From the NCBI GenBank assembly GCA_030647355.1, contig JAUSIS010000004.1:4066-68065 (forward strand): a DNA stretch of 64,000 nucleotides. The letters run 5' to 3'. A program made the position numbers and the translations under genes. The stretch is from a bacterium. Lineage in GTDB: Bacteria > Patescibacteriota > UBA1384 > VFKW01. Below are positions 1-9,104 of this stretch, piece after piece (the first letter of the stretch is position 1; every line of letters starts with the position of its first letter). The notes below the pieces were generated by a model. It did not search any database and was not told the origin of the DNA. It worked only from the letters and a program-made list of their open reading frames with translations.

Positions 1-661
1 ATCCTTGTGTCCAGCCGATCAGTTTTCTTAAGGTATCGGCACTCATTATTGTAACATGCAACGTCCCGTATTTCAACTGGTTTGCGTATCTTTTGTTTTT
101 ACTAGACTTACTAATTAATGTTTGTGGTTTATAAAACTGGCCCTTCGGCACCTTAGTTATTTCAGACCAGTAATTTAAAGACTCATCATATTGGCAATTA
201 TCATGAATGTGTATTCTCATCCTAATAGATTTTTCATTAATTCCGCATCTTTCTCGGAAAAATCTCATAGCAAATAAAATTATCAGCGGATCAGAATTAA
301 CGAACCTAACCATCCATTTTTCTTTTCGACTTCCTTCGGCGAGAAATAAACCGAGTCCTAGATAAAATAGTTCTTTTTTTGTTAAAACCTTTATTTCGGA
401 GGAATATTTTTTTAGTTCTTTACTAATACCTGCCCGATAAATCTCTGCTCTTTTTTTATTGTACTTGGTGATATTTTCTGAGGATTGTAATTTGGCTGCT
501 GAGATATTTTTGTTCTTAATTGCTTGAGATAAAGGAATACTAGAAAGCCACAAGGAAAGAGTTCCCTTAGAAATCTTGAGTTCAGATGATATTTGACTAT
601 AACTTAGACCTTGTTTTCGTAACTCTATTGCTCGAGTTCTTGAACTAGTGGAGTTTTTCAT
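1..661 (-). CDS. Partial CDS running off the window start. Has an N-terminal HTH domain followed by a single LAGLIDADG-like motif (..FYLGLGLFLAEGS..); possible homing-endonuclease-like protein
   Basis: Hand translation of the reverse strand gives an open frame from ATG at 659-661 to position 1 with no stop. The translation begins MKNSTSSRTRAIELRKQGLSYSQISSELKISKGTLSLWL (HTH) and later has YLGLGLFLAEGS, resembling the LAGLIDADG dodecapeptide. It is absent from the ORF track because it is truncated by the window edge. Confidence 0.4.
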   Translation of the reverse strand, partial: MKNSTSSRTRAIELRKQGLSYSQISSELKISKGTLSLWLSSIPLSQAIKNKNISAAKLQSSENITKYNKKRAEIYRAGISKELKKYSSEIKVLTKKELFYLGLGLFLAEGSRKEKWMVRFVNSDPLIILFAMRFFRERCGINEKSIRMRIHIHDNCQYDESLNYWSEITKVPKGQFYKPQTLISKSSKNKRYANQLKYGTLHVTIMSADTLRKLIGWTQG

Positions 662-712
662 AAATTAATTAGACTACTAGTTTATATTATTATCAAATTT
701 GGGTACTAGGAT

Positions 713-787
713 GGTGGGCAGTACAGGATTTGAACCTGTGACTTCTTGGATGTAAACCAAGCGCTCTAGCCGCTGAGCTAACTGCCC
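713..787 (-). tRNA. tRNA-Val (anticodon TAC)
   Basis: The reverse complement folds as a cloverleaf: GGGCAGT.. acceptor stem, GCTCAGCGGCTAGAGC D-arm, anticodon loop TTTACAT (TAC), GGTTCAAATCC T-arm, and an encoded CCA. Confidence 0.8.
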
Positions 788-790
788 TTT

Positions 791-878
791 GGTGCCGAGA
801 GGGGGACTTGAACCCCCACGTCCTTGCGGACACATGCACCTCAAGCATGCCTGTATACCAATTTCAGCATCCCGGCAC
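791..878 (-). tRNA. tRNA-Leu (anticodon GAG), class II with a long variable arm
   Basis: Reverse complement: GTGCCGG acceptor, anticodon stem CATGC/GCATG with loop TTGAGGT (GAG), long variable arm, GGGGGTTCAAGTCCCCT T-arm. Confidence 0.7.
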
Positions 879-910
879 ATTATATATTATAGGGTAAAAA
901 TCGGAAAAAA

Positions 911-1993
911 TCAACCAGTACGATTGGCGATTTCGTCTAAAATACGCCAACGACGTTGTTTTTCGCTCCAGGGAATAGGGTCGCCTAGTTTATGGGCGAC
1001 AGTGCCAAAGCGGGGAGAATATTTGTTGACATAAGCAATGAAATAGCCGACTTTTTTGAATACCTTGACAGTCTGCTGAAAATCTTCCTCTGTTTCACCA
1101 GGGAAGCCGACAATCACATCGGTCGAGATTTTAATGTTCGGTATTTTGGCTTTAATTTTTCTAACTAAATCTAGATATTGTTTTTTAGTATAGGGGCGAT
1201 TCATAGCCCGGAGAATCTTATCACTGCCCGATTGAAACGGGAGATGGATTTCTTTGGCAACTTTGCTTGAACTTGCAATTACGTCAATAACTTCACTGGT
1301 CATATCTTTGGGATGATTAGAAGTAAAATATATCTTAAAATCGCCCGAGATATTATTGAGTGTTTTGAGTAATTTTGCAAAGTCATATTGATAGGAATTA
1401 ACATTCTGGCCAAGGAGAGTGATCACTTTATAACCTTTTGATACTAAATCCTTGAAGCTTGTGACAATTTCGTCAAATGGCCTCGAGACTTCCCTGCCCT
1501 TGGTGTAAGGGACGGCGCAATACGAGCAAAAATTGTTACATCCGGACATAATTGGCAGATACGCAGAAGAGGTATTACTATTTTTTATTAACTGGGCAAA
1601 TAGCTTTCTATCTGGAATGGTAAGAAAATCTTTTAGTTTTTCAAGATTGCCATCCCAGAGGATGACGTTTTTTGCAGCCAGTTTCTTTTGATCATTATCA
1701 AGAATGCAGCCGGAAATGATAATTTTTTTTTCCATCTTCGCTCTTGGTATTTTACTCGGATTATTCATCCGTGTTTCATCCAAGATGCTTCGATGGACTT
1801 CGCCTTGCCAATTGTGGACCTGACCCATCATTCGATCGACGGCAGATTTGCGCACAGCACAAGCATTAATAAAAATAATTTCCGCTTCTTTAGGGTTTGT
1901 GAAAATAAAGCCAAGCTTTTCTAATATGTAATTGATACGAGCGGCTTCCCATTCGTTATATTGGCAGCCATAGGTTAAAATGTGGTATTTCAT
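911..1993 (-). CDS. MiaB/RimO/MtaB-family radical-SAM methylthiotransferase; no obvious C-terminal TRAM domain
   Basis: MTTase N-terminal motif (LTYGCQYNEWEA). Radical SAM CxxxCxxC motif (SGCNNFCSYCAVPYTKG). Probable start at MKYHILTYGCQ, position 1993. Confidence 0.75.
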   Translation of the reverse strand: MKYHILTYGCQYNEWEAARINYILEKLGFIFTNPKEAEIIFINACAVRKSAVDRMMGQVHNWQGEVHRSILDETRMNNPSKIPRAKMEKKIIISGCILDNDQKKLAAKNVILWDGNLEKLKDFLTIPDRKLFAQLIKNSNTSSAYLPIMSGCNNFCSYCAVPYTKGREVSRPFDEIVTSFKDLVSKGYKVITLLGQNVNSYQYDFAKLLKTLNNISGDFKIYFTSNHPKDMTSEVIDVIASSSKVAKEIHLPFQSGSDKILRAMNRPYTKKQYLDLVRKIKAKIPNIKISTDVIVGFPGETEEDFQQTVKVFKKVGYFIAYVNKYSPRFGTVAHKLGDPIPWSEKQRRWRILDEIANRTG

Positions 1994-2068
1994 CTGGATA
2001 ATTATACTGTTTCCCGTTAATTTTATCAAGAAAATAAAAAGAAGGACCATGACTGGTCCTTTAGTCGT

Positions 2069-2587
2069 TTATCGCGGTATTGTGCTGATATAGGCAAACC
2101 TGATATCGGCACTCAAGGGTTTAGCGCACTTCTGGCAATAGTCATCGCATGCTTTGGGTTCCAGTGAGTCGCAGGAAACAAATCGCTCGGCGCTCTGGCC
2201 ATTGCATCCTTCACCGTTGCACTTGATATGGTAGAAGAGTTTCATCCCCTTCCATTCCTTGATGTCGAAGACCGCTTCTTCATCCGGCAAGATCAGCACC
2301 GGTTGATAGAAGAATATTCGGCTGACGAGTTTCTCTTTGGAATACCGGCATTTCGCTTTGATTTCATAGAGATGGTTAGGCGCAGTCTCAGAGCAATAGA
2401 CTGGAATTATTTCGCTCAAGTGCTTTAGTATCCCGTAGCGGATTTGGACAGGGATCATAAGTCCCTTGTCTTCGTCGAAACGCCAGTAAGCAATTTCCTC
2501 AGGATGCACGATCCGCGGGAAATCATCATAGTGATAGACCTTGGGGAAACCACCTAGCGGCCATTTGAAATGTACAAACAACGCCAA
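2069..2587 (-). CDS. Hypothetical protein with a C-terminal Cys-rich (zinc-ribbon-like) cluster
   Basis: 172-aa ORF. C-terminus reads CNGEGCNGQ...CDDYCQKCAKP. No family recognised. Confidence 0.4.
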   Translation of the reverse strand: MALFVHFKWPLGGFPKVYHYDDFPRIVHPEEIAYWRFDEDKGLMIPVQIRYGILKHLSEIIPVYCSETAPNHLYEIKAKCRYSKEKLVSRIFFYQPVLILPDEEAVFDIKEWKGMKLFYHIKCNGEGCNGQSAERFVSCDSLEPKACDDYCQKCAKPLSADIRFAYISTIPR

Positions 2588-2867
2588 ACTCCTTGAGATT
2601 ATTCAAAACCGAAAAATAAAGAAAATGCCCGAGCCGAAGCACAGACATTTTCTTGAGTGCATTTTATCCACTCACCTTTTTATCGAAACGCCAGTATCTA
2701 ATTATAGATTGGGCTTATTCGAAAAAAGGTAAGGGACTTTACTTCGGTAGCCTGGCTGCCCAGCCCTTTTCAAAAAAGAGCTGGATCCATGGCTTTGCGT
2801 CCCCGTCTCACGGCGGGTTTGCCTTTTCGGTTTTGTAGAGAAATTATACCTTATTTGATTAAGTTTG

Positions 2868-3926
2868 TCAATACTTTGTACCGGTTGAGGACATCGGTAA
2901 CAGTCGTCCTGTTTGGATGCAATAATTAATTGGCGACTGGTAGTTTAGACTGGCATGTCTTCTTTTGGAATTGTAGTAGGCAAGCCAGTGAGTTAAGTTC
3001 TTGTTAAATATTAAAAGATCTGGGTGAAAATGTCCATGATCTAACCATTCTTCCTGCAGGGTTCGGTTAAATCTTTCTACGACGGCATTGTCCTTGGGGG
3101 TTCTGACTCGGGAAAAGTAGTGCTCGATCTTTAGTTGCTTGCAGGCCTCTTCAAACTCCTTGGCAAACTCTGAGCCATGATCGGTCTGGATATTAACAAT
3201 CTGATCGTCAAAAAGATAATTAAGCCGCTTTAGAAAGTCACTGGCAGACCCCGAGCTATGGTTCTTGTAGGTATGGGCAAAGGCAATCTTGCCGTATTTG
3301 TCTATAGCGGTTAAGATATATCTTTTTAGACCAAACAGGTGAAGCACAATGGTATCTATTTGGATTAAGAACCCTAAAGTATTAGTGTTTCTGGTTTTAA
3401 GATCAGTTATCTTTTTCTTGGTACGGTTGGCCTTACTTCGCTCTTTTTGCTTTTCGATCTTTTGTGGATTTGGGTAGAGTTTATGTTTTTGGATGGTGTA
3501 GAGGATTTTATGGCAGGAAATATCTTCACCAAAACGCTCGTTGTATTCCTGACGAATCTTTTCTTTACCCTGAGAAAGATCTTGTTTTCTAATGAGCTTA
3601 ATCCGGTCTTCTTCTAAGAGGGTTATCTCTTTTTGCCGGACATGAATAGGAGCACGGGACTTATCTTCTAAAGTTTGGAAGTCGGCCGAGTCAAAACGAT
3701 CCAGGAACTTATACAAGGTTTTTCTGGCAATGCCGAAGTGCCGACAAGTGAAAGTGGCATTAAATTCTCCTTTAGTTTCATAGTAAATTATCCATTCAAG
3801 TCGACGCATTCCTTCGCGCGAGATGCTCTGCATTTTAGCAACCCGTCTCCATCTTTCGCAGCGGTCGAGGAGAATGTGAGGCCTTGATTTAATGAACGCC
3901 CATTTTTGTGTACTTTTTATACCCAT
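2868..3926 (-). CDS. IS481-family DDE transposase (rve integrase core with N-terminal HTH)
   Basis: The rve catalytic core is readable in the translation: ..IQTDHGSEFAKEFEEACKQLKIEHYFSRVRTPKDNAVVERFNRTLQEEW.. The size (352 aa) and single-ORF organisation fit IS481. The stop lies ~17 bp outside the left IR. Confidence 0.8.
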   Translation of the reverse strand: MGIKSTQKWAFIKSRPHILLDRCERWRRVAKMQSISREGMRRLEWIIYYETKGEFNATFTCRHFGIARKTLYKFLDRFDSADFQTLEDKSRAPIHVRQKEITLLEEDRIKLIRKQDLSQGKEKIRQEYNERFGEDISCHKILYTIQKHKLYPNPQKIEKQKERSKANRTKKKITDLKTRNTNTLGFLIQIDTIVLHLFGLKRYILTAIDKYGKIAFAHTYKNHSSGSASDFLKRLNYLFDDQIVNIQTDHGSEFAKEFEEACKQLKIEHYFSRVRTPKDNAVVERFNRTLQEEWLDHGHFHPDLLIFNKNLTHWLAYYNSKRRHASLNYQSPINYCIQTGRLLPMSSTGTKY

Positions 3927-3972
3927 CGGTACCTCCTAATGCATTTTAGGGGTGTTACCGATGTATCTCAAC
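2885..3972 (-). mobile_element. IS481-family insertion sequence (~1.09 kb) with imperfect terminal inverted repeats
   Basis: Left end GTTGAGGACATCGGTAACA (2885-2903) matches the reverse complement of the right end TGTTACCGATGTATCTCAAC (3953-3972) at 18 of 19-20 positions. It encloses a single DDE transposase ORF. Confidence 0.65.
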
Positions 3973-4192
3973 TTATGCATACTTGTGTCTGATTTGTGTC
4001 TGATTTGTGCTCTATTCTGAAAATAGTTCGAACGTATTTCGGCCGTCAGGCGACCTGTCCCGAGCGACCTGTGGTGAGCGAAGTCGAACCAAGTCGAGGG
4101 AATAAAAACCCACCCACCTGAATTCTTGAACCTTAACAATTTCCAGTTTTTCTTTGGCGTTAATTACCAGGCCACCGCATCAGAAATTTATT

Positions 4193-4864
4193 CTAGTTCT
4201 GCCACGGGTATCTTACTTCTAAAATTTGTAGTGATTTGGAGTTTACAACCACTCTCATCGATCTTGCATTCTCAACACGATTATAATAATCTTTAGAGAC
4301 GCCGTAAACGAATCTCCAGTTAAGAGGCTGACTTTGGCGCTGGGATAAGGTAGCAAAATAACTACCACCTGAATCAGGATATCTCTGGTTGTAGACTTGG
4401 AATTGCGTTTCAGCAATAGTCAAAACCTCTGGAAAATCTTTAATTTTCAATATTTCAGATAAAGAGAATGGCTTATCACCATCGACCATAAGCTTAATTG
4501 ACGATTTAGTTATTTTATATTCTCCAGTCTCTGGTATGATTGAAAATAATAAATCAAACTTTTCTTCATCACTATGAAAATCGAAACTGTTGTCTGGTCG
4601 ATTGAAATTAAACGACCCATATTTTTTATCTACTATCACGGAATAAAGTTGTGGATTGCTAGAATACTTTCTGGCAATTTCAAAGGCTTTTTGTGCCTGT
4701 TCTAAAACTGAATTAGCATTCTTTAACTGTAGTTTACCAGACTCTAAAGTCTGGGAGAGATATTGGGGTATTTTTTCTTGCTTACCTGCATAGTAAAGGC
4801 CTACCAAGAGACTTGATATAGCTAAAATAATGGCAATGATTATAACCCAAAACCACTTTTTCAT
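4193..4864 (-). CDS. Hypothetical membrane-anchored protein (N-terminal TM helix)
   Basis: 223-aa ORF. N-terminus MKKWFWVIIIAIILAISSLLVGLYY. Flanked by inverted copies of a 13-bp core (see findings). Confidence 0.5.
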   Translation of the reverse strand: MKKWFWVIIIAIILAISSLLVGLYYAGKQEKIPQYLSQTLESGKLQLKNANSVLEQAQKAFEIARKYSSNPQLYSVIVDKKYGSFNFNRPDNSFDFHSDEEKFDLLFSIIPETGEYKITKSSIKLMVDGDKPFSLSEILKIKDFPEVLTIAETQFQVYNQRYPDSGGSYFATLSQRQSQPLNWRFVYGVSKDYYNRVENARSMRVVVNSKSLQILEVRYPWQN

Positions 4865-5113
4865 TTCCCTCCTTTAGTTAATAAAATCCCTTAAAATTTT
4901 CTTTTACCCTTCGACTCGACTCAGGGCAGGCAAAATGTGGTTCGAGCCGATGGATTCGACAAGCTCACCACAGGTATTTTTTCCAGGTTCTTTGGCAGTT
5001 TTCGAGGATCAAGAATTCGGGCGGGCGGGATTTTTTCGACCTCTTGGCCGTAAAACATTCGAGCCAACTTAAGAATAGACCCCCAGCGTTTACTAGTCAA
5101 GTTTTCGCCTGTG

Positions 5114-5197
5114 TGGGCATGAGAGGACTCGAACCTCCACGAGATTGCTCTCACTACGACCTGAACGTAGCGCGTATACCAATTCCGCCACATGCCC
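5114..5197 (-). tRNA. tRNA-Leu (anticodon CAG), class II
   Basis: Reverse complement: GGGCATG acceptor, GGCGGAATTGGTA D-arm, anticodon stem CTACG/CGTAG with loop TTCAGGT (CAG), long variable arm, GAGGTTCGAGTCCTC T-arm. Confidence 0.75.
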
Positions 5198-5201
5198 AAA
5201 T

Positions 5202-6563
5202 TTATTTTTTAACCCTCTTTGTTTTTATATACCAAGAATCTAGAAAAGAAAAGCGGTTAGATGGAATAATCATTGATGTTATATTTATTCCTTTGATCTT
5301 TTCGGCAACATAAAAGTTATATGGTTGATCGTCTTGGAATATTGCTCCATATTCTCCTAAGATTATTTGTTTAGCTGCTGCAAGTTTGTCTTTTCTAACC
5401 TTATCATCTAGGGTCAGACGAGCTTCCTCCATTAAACGATCTAATGTTTTATTTTTCAATTGGCTGAAGTTCATGCCTGTCGGTGGAATTTGGCTTGAAT
5501 GCCAGTAAGGATACAGGTCGTCATAATACCCAGTGTTGAAACCATATACCAGTATGTCATATTGTTTTTTTTGGGCTTCGCTACTTAATAAAGTAACACT
5601 TTTTATAGTCTTTTCGTCTACTTTGATGTTTAATCGGGTAAATTGCTTAATTAGAGCATTGGTAAATTTCGCGGCAGATTCGGTATCGGGTCTTAAAAGC
5701 TTAAGCGATAGCGCTTGAGTAAATGCGGGTCCTTCTATGGTCTGTTTTCGCAGATTTGTGTCGGTAATTTTTCCTGTATTGAAAAAAGCAACATTGTACC
5801 TCGGCAAAGAGACTGAATATTGGGGTAATTGTGGTTTTACATTCTCATCGGTCGCTATAACATCCCCCCTTTTTATCGCTTTTGAGAGTTTATCCTTGTT
5901 GGGATAGATACGGAAAATCACTTCCTCAATGTATGGTTTTTGGAACGGCTTATTATCGTTAGGAGTGAGGGTAATTTCTTTATCATTTTGCTCTTTAATT
6001 TTATAAGCGCCATATGGTAATACAGGTCTTAAGGTAGAGGCAAGAAAGAGACCATATGGTTGTTTCAAGGTAAATTTGATCGTAGTTGAGTCAGGCGAAC
6101 TAATTTGTACTTCTGACCAGCTGCCTTTTTGATTGCGAATATAGCCAGCTACCCGGGATGACGAGTATCCTTTGGTTAATTGAAAAGTATAGGTTTTTCC
6201 ATCTTCGCTAACCTGCCAACTTTTGGCGACAGCCGGTTTAATTGTTCCGTCATTTCCAAGGCGGGTTAAACCGATATGAGTTAAGTAGCTGATTGATTCG
6301 TCAACGGTGGGAAGCGAATCTGCAAATAGTCCTTCAGTGTACACACCGCCATAGTCCGGAATTTCCTTGGTACTGGCTAAATAGTTTTGGCGCATCAAGA
6401 AAGCTGCGCCAGTTAATATAAAAAGCAGGAGAGCCAAAACAACTGTTTTTTCTCTTTTAGTTAGAAATTGAGGTAACTTCGTCGGGTGTAATTGGAAAAT
6501 TTTTTCCAGAAAGGAAATCGTGTCCTCCAGTTTGCTATTTAACAACCAGAAGAACCAAAGCAA
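5202..6563 (-). CDS. Extracellular solute-binding protein, family 5-like (OppA/DppA-type ABC substrate-binding protein), N-terminal TM anchor
   Basis: ..KPAVAKSWQVSEDGKTYTFQLTKGY.. matches the SBP_bac_5 signature region. N-terminal hydrophobic helix present. Confidence 0.5.
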   Translation of the reverse strand: MLWFFWLLNSKLEDTISFLEKIFQLHPTKLPQFLTKREKTVVLALLLFILTGAAFLMRQNYLASTKEIPDYGGVYTEGLFADSLPTVDESISYLTHIGLTRLGNDGTIKPAVAKSWQVSEDGKTYTFQLTKGYSSSRVAGYIRNQKGSWSEVQISSPDSTTIKFTLKQPYGLFLASTLRPVLPYGAYKIKEQNDKEITLTPNDNKPFQKPYIEEVIFRIYPNKDKLSKAIKRGDVIATDENVKPQLPQYSVSLPRYNVAFFNTGKITDTNLRKQTIEGPAFTQALSLKLLRPDTESAAKFTNALIKQFTRLNIKVDEKTIKSVTLLSSEAQKKQYDILVYGFNTGYYDDLYPYWHSSQIPPTGMNFSQLKNKTLDRLMEEARLTLDDKVRKDKLAAAKQIILGEYGAIFQDDQPYNFYVAEKIKGINITSMIIPSNRFSFLDSWYIKTKRVKK

Positions 6564-6753
6564 CTAGTGCAAACAGGATAGCAATTATAATAGTAAAATA
6601 AAACAGCACTTTTTCTAGACCGCGGCGGGAGCGATAGAAATTACCTTCTCCGCCGAAAGCGCCGCCAAGACCTGTGCCTTGATGCTGGAGGAGAATACTG
6701 ATAATAAGCACTATTGCCAAGATGATTTCTGTATCAATCAATATGTGAGCCAT
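6535..6753 (-). CDS. secG: Preprotein translocase subunit SecG
   Basis: 72-aa ORF with two TM helices. LLQHQGTGLGGAFGG is the SecG signature. Confidence 0.75.
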   Translation of the reverse strand: MAHILIDTEIILAIVLIISILLQHQGTGLGGAFGGEGNFYRSRRGLEKVLFYFTIIIAILFALVALVLLVVK

Positions 6754-6932
6754 AGTTACTCCTGATCATTTCTGAATTAAAATCTTCAGGTGATTTGAGG
6801 CGTGATCCGGAATTGCACCGGAGTGAACGGTTTTGCAGACCGCTGCCTAACTTCTCGGCCATCACGCCATACTGCCAAAGGTAAAAGTATTTAATAGTAA
6901 ACTGGACTAGTTTAGGCAGTTGCGTATGAAGC

Positions 6933-7007
<75 letters not shown>

Positions 7008-7070
7008 AATGATACCATTTTACCATTTCTGCTGTCTTGTGTAAAGTCTAATACAGGTTTATAATCTGGC

Positions 7071-7442
7071 TTGGATAGTAATTATTCGAATGGAGGAATA
7101 ATGTCAAAAAAATGGAAAAGCAAATTAAAAAAACAACAAAGAGCAAAAATTATTCGAGAGTCACTCGCAGAAAAGTCGGTCAATGAGCCAAACATGCCTG
7201 CAGTAGCCCCTGAGCCAGAGATTACCTCTAAAACAGAAGTAATATCCAGCACATCTAAAAAACAGATCAATACATCTCAAGAAAAATTTTTACATAAAAC
7301 AACCGAAGTCAGGGCAGAGATTAGAAAAATTGGGATTGTTTTCGGAATAATCATTCTATTGCTTGTCGCCGCTAAGATATTAGATTATCAAACTAATTGG
7401 GTAACTGAAGTGGCTGACATCATATCCGGATTGATTAAATAG
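7071..7442 (+). CDS. Hypothetical small protein, basic N-terminus and C-terminal TM helix
   Basis: ORF only. Start ambiguous (alternative M at ~7101). Confidence 0.35.
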   Translation: MDSNYSNGGIMSKKWKSKLKKQQRAKIIRESLAEKSVNEPNMPAVAPEPEITSKTEVISSTSKKQINTSQEKFLHKTTEVRAEIRKIGIVFGIIILLLVAAKILDYQTNWVTEVADIISGLIK

Positions 7443-7560
7443 TATTTTATTGTAATTTCTAGGACTAAAAATTGATCATCTACTATGGAGTTGAATAGTA
7501 AATCAACTATTTGTTTTGATATAACAACACATAAAAATTTATTTTAAGATAATGATTACG

Positions 7561-9090
7561 TTAGAGAGTGAATTGGGCTTGGCTGCGATATTGTAGAGCT
7601 TCGGCAATATGGGGGGTTTTAATCTCATTGGAATTATCAAGGTCAGCGATAGTTCGAGCTAGTTTCAATACACGATGATAGGCACGCCCGGAGAGTTGTA
7701 GTTTATTGACAGCTTGCCTAAGAAGATTGGTGGAGGTTTCATCAACTTGGCAAAATTTTTCAATTTGGCGTGTATTCATCTGGGAGTTGAGCTCGATCGG
7801 AAGACTTTCAAATCTTTGGCTTTGTATTTTACGTGCATTGGTTACACGATTTTTTATAGTCTCGGATTTAGTAGGTTCGGATTTTTCGGTCATTTTCTCA
7901 AAACTAAGACGAGGAACTTCAATGTGCAAGTCAATTCTGTCAAGCAAGGGACCGCTCAACTTTTTACGATAAAGATTAATTTGGTGAGCAGTGCATTGGC
8001 AATTTTTTTCCGGATCAGTGTAATAACCGCAAGGGCAGGGGTTCATAGCCGCTACTAACATAAAATCTGCCGGGAATCGAACCGAACTTGCTGCACGGGC
8101 AACAACCACTTCTCCTTCTTCTAGGGGCTGGCGAAGAGTTTCTAATACTGATCTGGGAAATTCTGGAAATTCATCTAAAAAAAGAACGCCATGATGAGCA
8201 AGAGATATCTCGCCGGGTTTGGGGAATTGTCCGCCGCCGACAATCGAGACATAGCTTGAAGTATGGTGAGGAGATCGAATCGGTCTTGAGATAATTAACG
8301 GATTATCTTTTGTTATTTCTCCAGCAATACTATATATGGTGGTGACGTCAAATATTTCTTTTTTTGACATATCCGGCAAAATTCCAATCAGCGCCTTAGC
8401 GAGCAGAGTTTTGCCTGATCCCGGCGGACCAGAAAAGATAATATTGTGGTGGCCAGCGGCGGCAATCTCTAAGGCTCTTTTGGCATGCTGTTGACCACGA
8501 ACATCTTCAAAGTCAACACTAGCCGGTTTATTTTTTATTAATTTTGAGATATCTGACCCTCTAAATTTGGGAATGATTTTTTCCTCTTTCAGATGAAAAA
8601 TCAAATCGTCAAGATTGGCAACTGGTATTATATTTATTCCCTCCAGGAGAGCGGCTTCTTCGGCATTATCGGATGGAAGAAAAATATTTTTAATCCCTTT
8701 CGTGATGGCCATATGGGTTACTGGCAGAATACCCGGGATTGATCGCAGGGAGCCATTTAGTGATAGTTCTCCAATAAACAGGGAGTTGGAAAGACTTGCA
8801 ACCGGAATTTGTTCGTCACTTGCCAGTAAGGCAATAGCGATCGGGAGATCATACGATGGGCCGGATTTTCTGATATTGGCAGGGGCGAGATTAATTGTAA
8901 TTCTTTTGGTGGGAAATTTGACGCCTGAATTTCTAATTGCGCTACGGATTCTTTCCTTTGATTCATCAATGGCTTTATCTGGCAATCCGACAATGGCAAA
9001 CGAGGGCAGTCCCTGACCTAAATCTGCTTCAACTTCAATTGTAGTAGTTCCAATGCCATCAATAGCTGCAGATAATACCTTGGCTAACAT
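7561..9090 (-). CDS. comM: Mg-chelatase-like AAA+ ATPase, YifB/ComM family
   Basis: Lon-protease-like N-domain. Walker A motif FSGPPGSGKT. ChlI-like C-terminus. Start inferred at MLAKVLSAAIDG. Confidence 0.8.
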   Translation of the reverse strand: MLAKVLSAAIDGIGTTTIEVEADLGQGLPSFAIVGLPDKAIDESKERIRSAIRNSGVKFPTKRITINLAPANIRKSGPSYDLPIAIALLASDEQIPVASLSNSLFIGELSLNGSLRSIPGILPVTHMAITKGIKNIFLPSDNAEEAALLEGINIIPVANLDDLIFHLKEEKIIPKFRGSDISKLIKNKPASVDFEDVRGQQHAKRALEIAAAGHHNIIFSGPPGSGKTLLAKALIGILPDMSKKEIFDVTTIYSIAGEITKDNPLIISRPIRSPHHTSSYVSIVGGGQFPKPGEISLAHHGVLFLDEFPEFPRSVLETLRQPLEEGEVVVARAASSVRFPADFMLVAAMNPCPCGYYTDPEKNCQCTAHQINLYRKKLSGPLLDRIDLHIEVPRLSFEKMTEKSEPTKSETIKNRVTNARKIQSQRFESLPIELNSQMNTRQIEKFCQVDETSTNLLRQAVNKLQLSGRAYHRVLKLARTIADLDNSNEIKTPHIAEALQYRSQAQFTL

Positions 9091-9104
9091 ATTCCCCCTT
9101 GAAA

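Noticed and set aside
677-1034. ORF-track entries 677-880 (-) and 789-1034 (+)
   Set aside because: They overlap tRNA-Val and tRNA-Leu. Their translations are low-complexity read-through of tRNA sequence.
2541-2838. Small ORFs 2541-2732 and 2653-2838 (+)
   Set aside because: Short, overlapping, with no RBS. They lie in the promoter region upstream of the 2069-2587 gene, adjacent to the IS481 left end.
3985-4008. Tandem TGTGTCTGATTT x2 at the IS481 right boundary as a target-site duplication
   Set aside because: A TSD should flank both IS ends. This is a local tandem duplication on one side only.
4936-5100. Possible tmRNA (ssrA) suggested by GGATTCGAC and GGTTCGA motifs near 4940-4975
   Set aside because: No tRNA-like acceptor pairing with a 3' ...CCACCA end, and no tag-peptide reading frame ending in ..AA-stop. 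The motif is instead part of a hairpin repeated in inverted form at 4063-4095.
4921-5313. ORFs 4921-5199 (-) and 5044-5313 (+)
   Set aside because: They span tRNA-Leu(CAG) and the repeat hairpin region. No coding features. Explained by RNA and repeat sequence.
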